Under the pieces are notes generated by a model. It was not told the DNA's origin and searched no databases. It was given only the letters and a program-made list of their open reading frames with translations. Made by a program: the position numbers and the translations under genes. Shown here piece by piece: positions 9,101 through 14,890 of a DNA stretch of 25,103 bases; position 1 is the stretch's first letter; each line of letters opens with the position of its first letter. The stretch is taken from the IMG/VR virus record IMGVR_UViG_3300033067_002342, positions 1-25,103 of that record. One strand, 5' to 3'. The DNA comes from a virus (lineage: Duplodnaviria; Caudoviricetes).

Positions 9101-12100
9101 CCGCCGCGAGGTGCTCGTTGCCCAGCGGGGTGGCTGGCAGCTGCACGCCCTCGGCGAGGTTGCCCAGCGGCCCGGTGTAGGCCGTCTTGCCTCGAGGCGG
9201 CACCACGCCCGACGTGCGCGCCTCGTCCACCACCTTGTCGAGGTTCCGCCCGGCCTGCTCGCGGGTGCTGGCCAGCGCGCCGTGCGCCGTCATGCCCGCC
9301 GGCATCGCTGCGCGGAGGTCCGCCATCAGCGCATCAAGCGCGGCCTGGTCCTTCACGTGGAGCCAGAAGTTGGTGCCCGCGCGTGCGGCCGTCGCGTCGT
9401 GCTTCGCCACCACCGCGCCCATGCGGGCCAGCAGGGCATTCGTCGCGTCGTGACTGCCCTGGGGGTTGTCGTTGACCGCCTTCGCGTCTGGCGTCGTCAC
9501 CTGTGCCACCATGAAGCCCTCGGGCTTCTTCGCCAGCTCCCAGCCCTCGGCGGTGCGCAGGCCGCTGACGTCGTCGCGGAAGAGCAGCTCGGCCTTCTGC
9601 TCGATGGACAGCGGCGTCTCGTTCGGCCCGCCGAAGTCGAGGAGGTTCCGCAAGTCGGTGGCCGCGTCCACAGCCTTCACGCGCACCTTCGTGTCGCCGT
9701 CGTCGCCCTCGGCGAACTGCAGCAGGCCCGCCGTCTCGAGCACCTTCTTCCAGGTGAGGCTCGGGTTGTCGGCCTTCGCCGTGGCGTAGAAGGCGCGCAC
9801 CACCTGCACCGCGTCGCGAGCCTCCCGGCCAGAGCGGCCGGCGTCGATGATGTCGCGCCGCATCGTGTCCAGGGCGTCGTCGAAGCCGTCTTCGTCGGCC
9901 GACTCCTCGAGCGCCTTTTCAGCCATCTGCAGCGCGTGCTGACGAATGGCGTCGAGCGCGGCCTTCTCGCCCGTCAGCTGCGCAGCCGTGGGGGCCGTCT
10001 CCGACGTCGCGGTGTGCTCGAGCAGCGCCTGCCCCATGGGGGAAGCGGCCCACGTCGTCAGCACCTGCTCAAGGGGCACCGGGAAGCGCCCGCCTTCGGC
10101 AACGGCCGCTTGGTACGCCTGCACCGCCTCGGGCCCTGCGGCCTCGCCGAGCTCCATCGCGAGCTGCTCGTCATTCCGCCCGGCTTCCTGGTTGAGCCGC
10201 TGCAGCGCAGAGGCCTCCACCCAGAACTCCCGCACGGGCGCGCCTGCCTCGGTCGTCGCCCTGCGCACCACCTCGGCGAACTCGGCCGGGGCACCACGCA
10301 CGGGCTGCTGCTCGGCAAGGCTGGCGATAACGGCCACCTGCCGGGGCGAGGTGACGGCCGCCGTGTCGGTGTTGATGGCCTCGAGGGCCACGGTGCTGAG
10401 GGACGTGGCGCCGGTGACGACCGCGCCGCCGAAGAGCCCGCCCTGCGCCTCCTGGAGCGACTGCTCGGGGTTGAACATCGGCCCGCGCTGCAGGCGCTCG
10501 TCCTTCAGCGACTTGGCCGCGTACACGATGACCTGGTCAGCCGTCGACTGCAGGCCCTCGGTGACGGCCTCGGTGCCGGCGCCGTTCACCCACGCTCGAG
10601 CGAGGCCTGCCACTTTCGAGCGGAAGAGCGGATCGCCCAGCAGCAGCTTGCGCACCTGGCCCTTCAACGCGTCAGCGGCCGGGGCGAACTGCGCCTGCGT
10701 GCCGAGGTTCTCGAGGTACGCCGCCACCAGGCCGTAGGTGACGGAGCCGCCGAGCGCTTCGAGCTTCGACAGCTTCGCGCCGTCGTCGGTGACGGCGTCA
10801 CGGAGGTCGAGGTACTTCCCGCCCTGTTCCGCACGGAAGGCCGACAGCACGCCGCCGATGGTGCGGCCCTTCTCGGCGCCCAGCTTCGCGCCTTCCTTCG
10901 CGCCCGCCACCACACCGGCCGGCGTCTTCGTCCCGACGCCACCCACCGCGCCACCCACCAGCGCGCCGACCGCGCCACCGGCGCCCATGCCCTTCGCGCT
11001 GCCCACCAGGGTGTCGAACGTCGAGACGAGGGCCTGCAGGTTGTCGCCCACGAAGCCCAGCGCGTCACCCTCGCCGAGCAGCAGCGGCCGTGAGGCAGCT
11101 CGAGCGTCCTGCACCCGTCGCCCGGCCTCGGCCGCAGCCTGCCCGCCGTCGCCCAGACCGAGCTCGTCTTTCGCCTCGGCCATCGCGAGGTCGCTCGCAG
11201 CGTTGGCCATGTCGGACTGCGCCCGCGCCTCGCGGTAGCGGCGCTGCAGCGTCAGGGCGGTGCGCTCGACGTCGCCCGCCTCGCGGATGGCTTTGGCCTC
11301 GGGGCTGTCGAACTTCGTCTGCTTGGCGTTGCGCTGCTTCGACGTGGCAGCGGCCGCGTCACTGGCGGCCTGCTTGTCGGCTGCCGCGACGTCGACGCCG
11401 TTGGCCAAGTCCCAGAGGCGCTTCGTGCTTTCGGCCAGCATGGCCGGCGCCTGCACCATCAGCCCGGGGCCGTAGTTGAAGGCCGTCGAGAGCGCGCTGG
11501 GCAGCCCGAGGTCCTGCACCTTGCGGAAGGCCTGCACCAGGGGGCCCACGTTCGGGTCGACGACGACGGCCGCCATCGTCTCGGGGCTGTCCACCATCAC
11601 GTCGGCGAGGAGCTTGTTGTCTCGGTAGAAGGCGTCCGGGTCGAACTTCGCAGCCTCGGCCGCGCGCTCGAACTCGGGGAGGTTCGGCAGCACCTGCCGC
11701 ACGGGCACGTTGAAGGCGCGGCTGATCTCGACCGCGCGCCCCAGCGCGGGCCCGTCCTTCGACTTGGCGAGCTCGAACGCCCGCCGCAGCTTCGCGTTGC
11801 GCACGGCCGTCTCGTCGACGACGTCCGGGTCCACCGTGCCGGCGTTGGCGTTCAGCAGGCTCGGCAGCACGCGCGTGCCGTCGGACGTGAAGGCCGGGCC
11901 GTCAGCGGGCGCCGCCTCGGTGGTGAAGCTCGAGCGCAGCACGGACTGGCCGTTGCCCAGGGGGACGGTGGGCCCGCGGGTGCGCAGGGCGAGCTCATCG
12001 TTGGTGATGGCCTCGGGCGCCACGGGCTCGGCCGGTGAGTCGGCGAGGAAGGCGTCAGGGTCGAAGGGTGCCTCGTCGGCAAGGAACGCGTCGGGGTCGA

Positions 12101-12116
12101 ACGTGGGCTCGCTCAC
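3105..12116 (-). CDS. Giant internal virion/ejection protein (T7 gp16 position), polyvalent multi-domain protein
   Basis: 3003 aa with strongly G/C-ending codons. Third of three internal-protein genes between nozzle and fibre. Gly/Ala hydrophobic stretch near the N-terminus, plus GGDEF-like, GNAT and HExxH modules. Confidence 0.9.
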   Translation of the reverse strand: MSEPTFDPDAFLADEAPFDPDAFLADSPAEPVAPEAITNDELALRTRGPTVPLGNGQSVLRSSFTTEAAPADGPAFTSDGTRVLPSLLNANAGTVDPDVVDETAVRNAKLRRAFELAKSKDGPALGRAVEISRAFNVPVRQVLPNLPEFERAAEAAKFDPDAFYRDNKLLADVMVDSPETMAAVVVDPNVGPLVQAFRKVQDLGLPSALSTAFNYGPGLMVQAPAMLAESTKRLWDLANGVDVAAADKQAASDAAAATSKQRNAKQTKFDSPEAKAIREAGDVERTALTLQRRYREARAQSDMANAASDLAMAEAKDELGLGDGGQAAAEAGRRVQDARAASRPLLLGEGDALGFVGDNLQALVSTFDTLVGSAKGMGAGGAVGALVGGAVGGVGTKTPAGVVAGAKEGAKLGAEKGRTIGGVLSAFRAEQGGKYLDLRDAVTDDGAKLSKLEALGGSVTYGLVAAYLENLGTQAQFAPAADALKGQVRKLLLGDPLFRSKVAGLARAWVNGAGTEAVTEGLQSTADQVIVYAAKSLKDERLQRGPMFNPEQSLQEAQGGLFGGAVVTGATSLSTVALEAINTDTAAVTSPRQVAVIASLAEQQPVRGAPAEFAEVVRRATTEAGAPVREFWVEASALQRLNQEAGRNDEQLAMELGEAAGPEAVQAYQAAVAEGGRFPVPLEQVLTTWAASPMGQALLEHTATSETAPTAAQLTGEKAALDAIRQHALQMAEKALEESADEDGFDDALDTMRRDIIDAGRSGREARDAVQVVRAFYATAKADNPSLTWKKVLETAGLLQFAEGDDGDTKVRVKAVDAATDLRNLLDFGGPNETPLSIEQKAELLFRDDVSGLRTAEGWELAKKPEGFMVAQVTTPDAKAVNDNPQGSHDATNALLARMGAVVAKHDATAARAGTNFWLHVKDQAALDALMADLRAAMPAGMTAHGALASTREQAGRNLDKVVDEARTSGVVPPRGKTAYTGPLGNLAEGVQLPATPLGNEHLAAVDAEGKYESRERFGTRAFLDDVVPGLLSRLGFLKSKAAKFVASMDMRGLRDVNIEAGKRAGDVLLTFFGDQLVAMGGHAFAAAHMSGDEYAMKSDSKEALIEMLSDLRDELESTTVVVKAWHTPVQSLADVEKVAGQIGTKTEGVLVVNGTEMPFTGAAALVSMVESLPGGSVDGVVRISAQSLSPARFRFGLGEGTYGQADRDLNRRKQLEKQTGEGGVEAGDVGGARNTGTPGDDLRERRSSLEQRRARAQYRGAPAASPFVDAAEGEAAQDGGGDFAGSEGDGRTAVRVALADPEAIASLASAIGRMKTLVPEQQARVARYKAFLAYVEGSAPRPKSAAGEAAGLKRTEQLDMLKRFGIDDPEGTFTEQRQLGGIDEGLRRAKKKKTGTANPNQAEETRLKLLRGEKLFYQDQVVKPLAEVEAEAAKAGVKLDVSNGAVIEVSRIVVPEGERGKGIGTKVMKQIVEFADSVGKAVALSPSVDFGGSSVKRLEAFYRRFGFVPNKGKSKDFATKASMVRPARERLFQSDVTTPAVSPHKLSDGRSIIVEPGAEGAASRVWLVDVPVLRDILQRNEVELSKAGDDELVATLKRTNAAIFAAFDEGNLTKAAAIAASDERWDASFTLYSSPDIDPTKIGNPFQHLHGAFTATKEEIQTGDFNVDFDASSGQATGLDTNERRSAWESLSDDNRQTVQVALDEYEAATGRMQQDEANMRSSPRGYFERPPPGAEGVARVMKVFLNKKADASTVFHESAHGFLEMLGNLAEAEGAGARTKQQWADTLKWLGVSSRAEVKRDQHEKFARAFEAFLREGRAPAKGLWGTFNRAKAWLTRIYKQVAQLDVELDDDIRRIFSRLLATDEEIARANGKRGASPWETAEEAGMSPEAWQEYQDADKEALAFATREAQARFTREALEDAERDFAEQLAAARKDAEAEYEALPARKAARYLDGQAKDLLDAGLAMAPVVLDRSAVESAVGATGVRKFRTRKQGGAQPDEVATLVGYPTGKDMLQAIASLPPAVKWVEQRAQALAEERDAAGAAELARLRKDVESGVQAYVEARLAREWTELGRRAEPGSDVSELGRQVALEMLRQASRLIVERQRVGTLSPAKVLGRERAAAVKVRNAARTGNMDAARDWFREQTLQAYTHGATLDAIKERDRFEKMASGLTETAARARLGKASPSLRDAVDYLLGVFGLGAETELTGETLQAAAAVLEESGGVPGDWLEALQVPELQGSGDWRNLSVANLRHLDAALRQLLAEARFRNEVMVGERMADIEATEAAALAEIESTLPALRAPGSSTSDSTVDVAMSFLSASDGYLTNPVDLIRDLTGDNIDSTLFKAIIDPMRRARDKKVDLLKKSVQPITDAIEAMPEELKNRLSDAVDGNRLFPNHIEELQPPRMVHELLVLALNVGNPGNLQRLTDGRRITVEEVARAIDTLPDAALRWVQTVWDANESLKGEAFDLEERVTGIRPQGVERQPFRLPSGRVLEGGYVPAVYDVRASLLGQKQQDEKLAAAFDPHFVRAGTSHNHLKSRSKEVTEHAISLDMHVVYRHLSQVAHDIAFRETIMSVGRLVLRPAMQKAFNKYLGDKKTRGIWRWLTDVGSNTGADVTVADKLMSFARSEGSRILLGWKPSTAFGDLANPFAAVASTPLKMKFLAMGIRDFGRAPFAAREAALAASPWLRTMVDNTKQQFDLQVKKILKKDLPAPLRWYRDHAFWFMETVAVATTTPTWMGAVKQALAEGRTQEESVRFADDVLSQAWPSHSPVDQAAILRDKGVGGRLTVFYGYLSVAYRAQRRIIRPLFEREFLDATIGPQVKTVAGVSVRLLGFLTAYAALGELLMGRGPEEGDEDEEEPNNPLLRWRNWYLRKLATAPVQALPFVDWARAIDAAVLGKRAPSARGSPVATLTELITKDIGTALNGDKPALDRVLAVLKLALEAKGLSPGPVSTQGKYLLDVTLGDLPVEDPLDVTSGLMYGQRKNQPANIFRPLVQ
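6510..6945 (-). other. Zincin-like metallopeptidase (MPTase-type) domain within the giant protein
   Basis: RGYF...ADASTVFHESAHGFL (HExxH at 6831-6845), then HEKFARAFEAFLREGRAP...F...WL..IY. This pattern is characteristic of phage polyvalent-protein peptidases. Confidence 0.8.
7515..7860 (-). other. GNAT acetyltransferase domain within the giant protein
   Basis: IEVSRIVVPEGERGKGIGTKVM (acetyl-CoA-binding R-G-x-G-x-G motif A) and RLEAFYRRFGF (motif B). Confidence 0.85.
8225..8509 (-). CDS. Nested out-of-frame 94-aa acidic protein overprinted inside the giant gene
   Basis: GGAGAAGGA lies 4 nt before the ATG at 8509; stop TAG at 8225. Codons in this frame mostly end in G/C, while the host frame switches to A/T-ending codons over the same interval. 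Confidence 0.7.
   Translation of the reverse strand: MDKPTATSTEGSSSRSKPEKEESRLVTLEELETRGPPVTISANGVVLWNSDEPELSIEERQRRVRLSMQPKVKLPKTEEEISQAAKEMDELPYE
8475..9056 (-). other. GGDEF-like (diguanylate cyclase fold) domain 2 with SGDEY motif
   Basis: DDVVPGLLSRLGF...SMDMRGLRDVNIEAGKRAGDVLL...AHMSGDEYAM...FGLG...ADRDLNRRK matches, in order, D-LTGL-NR-F / DxDxFKxxND-xGH-xGD-LL / RxGGDEF / SxG / AD-xLYxAK. SGDEY is at 8832-8846. Confidence 0.8.
9230..9590 (-). other. Degenerate GGDEF-like domain 1
   Basis: FRDDVSGLRT...TTPDAKAVNDNPQGSHDATNALL...AARAGTNFWL. It keeps D-xSGL, KxxND and H-x4-LL, but GGDEF is replaced by AGTNF and the metal-binding Asp appears lost. Confidence 0.6.
12039..12103 (-). repeat. 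Tandem FDPDAFLAD peptide repeat at the N-terminus of the giant protein
   Basis: TFDPDAFLADEAPFDPDAFLADS, with a third copy FDPDAFYRD near 11622-11648. The nucleotide copies differ at synonymous sites. Confidence 0.85.
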
Positions 12117-13930
12117 TTCATCGACTCCAGCTTGGCGCGCACGCTGGCCGCCTTCGGGTGGTTGGGGTTGTCCGACAGCCAGGCCTCAGCCGCCTGACGC
12201 TGCGTCTTCGGGGGTGCGACGACGGCGGGCTTCGCGGGCAGCGGGGCACCGTACCCGCCGGGCATGAAGTCGGGCTGCGCGCCGGCAGGCAGGGGCCTCT
12301 TGCCGAACGACACCTCAGGCTGGAGCTTGAACTCGCCGAGCCACTTCTGCGCCTCGTCGGGCGTTGGATCTCTCCCCAGGGCGGCGCGCTTCGAGCGGTA
12401 GAACTTCGCCGCGTTGCCGCTGATGGTGGAGCGCGGGTCACCCTGCACGCGCGGGTCGACGACGTCCTTGCCCTTCTTCTTCGTCACCACCAGCGGGAGG
12501 GTTTCGCGCTCAGCCTCGGCCATGAAGCGCTGCTCGTCGGCGAGGTCCCCCTTGCCGAGCCGCTGCACCGTCTCGGCGCGGTGCTTCTCGGTGGCGGCGT
12601 ACCCGTTGCGGCTCGGGCTGAAGTCGGGGAACTCGGCAGCAAGCACCTTCGAGTATTCCTCGGGCGTCGTCTTCGCCTGCTCCTCGGGCGGCAGCGCCGC
12701 GAACTTGTCGGCCAGAAACCTGTCATCGAGCGCCTGCTGACGACGTGCGGCCGCGGCCTCGCTCTTCGAGCCGTCCCTGTCGGCCTTCCACCGGCGCCAC
12801 CGCGCTTCGCGCTCGTTCTTCAGCCCGCGCAGGAAGTCGGGGTCGAACTGCTCGAGGAAGGCGATGCTCGAGCCGGGCGGCTGCGCGTTGCCCAGGTCTG
12901 CCCGCCACACGAATTCGCGGTGCTTCTGCGTGTCGGCCTTCCGGCGCGCGTCTTCCACCTGCAGCGCCTGGCGCACCTCCACCTCGAGCGCCTCGCGCCG
13001 CGGGTCGTCGGCCGGGGTGCTCTGCAGATGGAGCAGCACCTTCGACTCGTCGACATACCCACCGGCCGGCGTGGCCTCCTTCACCCACTTCTGCGTCTGC
13101 GCCGTGGCTGCCACCTGCAGCCGCTTCTTCTCGTCGCCGGCACGGGCCCGCTTGAGCAGCGCCTGCACCTCGTCGTTCCGCGTGCCCAGCCATTCCTTCG
13201 CTTCGGTGGCCACGGCTTCAGCCTCTTCGACGGCGCCTTCACCCACGAGGGCCTGAATGCGCACCAGGGCGACGTCACCCCGGAAGGCGGCCTTCTCTGC
13301 GGCTGCGTCTTCGGGCGAGGTGGAAAGCCCATCGACGGCCGAGTCCACCAGCCCGATGCGCAGGCCCATCGCCGGGGTGCGGGGATCGGCCCCGACGACG
13401 CGCAGCGTCTCCGCCTTCGCGGCCTTCACGCCGTCGCCCTTGGCGCGCTGGAACTCGCTGGCCACGTGGCCCTCGACGCGGCGCCGAGCGTCTTCGCGCA
13501 GGGCGTTGGCGCGCGCGTAGAAGGCCTCCTGCTGACGGGGCAGCAGCTTCGCGCCGATCTCGTCGAGGCTCTTCTGGAGCTCCTCGAGCGTCTCCTGCGA
13601 CGCCTCGCCAGCCTTGAGCCCCTTCGTCTCGAGGTAGCCAGCCCGCCGCGGGGCGCCCTCGAAGGCCGCATCGATGGGGCCCAGCGTCTCGCCCTGCAGC
13701 GCGTTGGTGGTGCGGCGCTCGAACTCCGTCAGAGACTGGGTGATGCGCAGGGCGTCGGCCTCGCGCTCCACCTTCTGCATCGTGGCCCCGACGTCGGCCA
13801 CCGCACGGCCCACCTGCTGCCCGGCCTGCGCCACCGCGCCGCCGACGTCCGGCACGTCGATGAGGCTCGGCCCCACCGTGCGCAGCTGCGCCGTCTCCAC
13901 CGACGGCCCGTCTGGAATGCGAATCGCCAT
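12113..13930 (-). CDS. Internal virion/ejection protein (T7 gp15 position)
   Basis: Start moved to MAIRIP (ATG at 13930, 1 nt after the upstream stop), 605 aa. Helical Ala/Glu/Arg-rich composition; middle gene of the internal-protein trio. Confidence 0.8.
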   Translation of the reverse strand: MAIRIPDGPSVETAQLRTVGPSLIDVPDVGGAVAQAGQQVGRAVADVGATMQKVEREADALRITQSLTEFERRTTNALQGETLGPIDAAFEGAPRRAGYLETKGLKAGEASQETLEELQKSLDEIGAKLLPRQQEAFYARANALREDARRRVEGHVASEFQRAKGDGVKAAKAETLRVVGADPRTPAMGLRIGLVDSAVDGLSTSPEDAAAEKAAFRGDVALVRIQALVGEGAVEEAEAVATEAKEWLGTRNDEVQALLKRARAGDEKKRLQVAATAQTQKWVKEATPAGGYVDESKVLLHLQSTPADDPRREALEVEVRQALQVEDARRKADTQKHREFVWRADLGNAQPPGSSIAFLEQFDPDFLRGLKNEREARWRRWKADRDGSKSEAAAARRQQALDDRFLADKFAALPPEEQAKTTPEEYSKVLAAEFPDFSPSRNGYAATEKHRAETVQRLGKGDLADEQRFMAEAERETLPLVVTKKKGKDVVDPRVQGDPRSTISGNAAKFYRSKRAALGRDPTPDEAQKWLGEFKLQPEVSFGKRPLPAGAQPDFMPGGYGAPLPAKPAVVAPPKTQRQAAEAWLSDNPNHPKAASVRAKLESMK

Positions 13931-13931
13931 G

Positions 13932-14450
13932 TCAGCCGCCCTTCTTCGAGTCCGAGTACACGCTGAAGGCCCGCTGCCCAGCCTGCGACACCTGCCCGAT
14001 GCCAGACAGCAGGCCCTTCGTGTTCGCCGCAGCACCCTGCGCGCGCACGCTGTCGGCCTGCCGGCGCATCGCCCGGGCCGACTGCTTGAAGCCGAACGCG
14101 GCGCGCACGGCGTTGTTCTCGAGGGTGGAGGCGTCGAGCTCGCCGATTCTCTCGGTGGCCAGCCCGACGTCGGCCGGCGTGCCCACCGACGAGTCGACGC
14201 CAGCTCGCGCGTACCCGACGGCCTGAGAGGAGCGGTAGGCGCTCGTCTTCATGCGCTGGCGCCCCACGGCCGTCTGGCCCTGCTTCAGCGCGTCGAGCCC
14301 CTTCAGCACCTCGAGGTTCGCGCTGCGCTCGAGCTCCGCGGCGTTGGCTTCCGTCTCCCGTCGCGCCGAGTCCATCGACAGCCCGGTGCCGATGAGCCCC
14401 GAGACGAGCTCGATGCCGCCGCCCAGCAACATGAGAGTCAGGGGGTCCAT
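13932..14450 (-). CDS. Small internal virion protein (T7 gp14 position)
   Basis: 172 aa. Hydrophobic Gly-rich N-terminus MDPLTLMLLGGGIELVSGLIG and the Q...YARAGVD...GTPADV motif typical of this class. Confidence 0.8.
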   Translation of the reverse strand: MDPLTLMLLGGGIELVSGLIGTGLSMDSARRETEANAAELERSANLEVLKGLDALKQGQTAVGRQRMKTSAYRSSQAVGYARAGVDSSVGTPADVGLATERIGELDASTLENNAVRAAFGFKQSARAMRRQADSVRAQGAAANTKGLLSGIGQVSQAGQRAFSVYSDSKKGG

Positions 14451-14890
14451 TCACGTCTCCATTCGACTGCGCGGAAGGGGTGGCCGAACGGGCCCCAGGG
14501 TGCCGGGTCTGCGACGACGAAGCCGAGGCGCTCCAGCCACAGGAAGGCCGACGTGTAGGCCGCGTCGACGTGCTGGCGCAACACGTCGCAGGGCTGCATC
14601 TCGATGAAGCGCGCCGCCATGCGGTACAGCGACAGGGGGTGCTTGCGGGCCTCGTCCGTCGTCAGCAGCCAGGGCGTGCCCTCGCGGGGTCGGTCGACGA
14701 CGAGGCCGCAGAAGGCAGCGGGCCGGCCGTCGATGCGCCAGCAGAGCGCGACGTGCGACAGGCGCAGAGAGGTGCGCAGCGCGTCGCCGTCGTCGCGTGC
14801 GCCCGACATGCGGCACTCGAGGCTGTCCTCGCGGCGCAGCTGCACCCCGACGCAGTCTTCAAGCACCATGGGGCGAACATCAGCCGCCAC
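14438..14890 (-). CDS. GNAT-fold virion-associated protein (T7 gp13-like)
   Basis: 150 aa. LRREDSLEC, GTPWLLTT and VDAAYTSAFLWLERLGF motifs; canonical position after the nozzle gene. Confidence 0.8.
   Translation of the reverse strand: MAADVRPMVLEDCVGVQLRREDSLECRMSGARDDGDALRTSLRLSHVALCWRIDGRPAAFCGLVVDRPREGTPWLLTTDEARKHPLSLYRMAARFIEMQPCDVLRQHVDAAYTSAFLWLERLGFVVADPAPWGPFGHPFRAVEWRREWTP

Noticed and set aside
3105-13930. Peptidoglycan hydrolase or virion RNA polymerase domain in the internal proteins
   Set aside because: I recognised no lytic transglycosylase, lysozyme or polymerase catalytic motifs by eye. A profile search is needed to exclude them.
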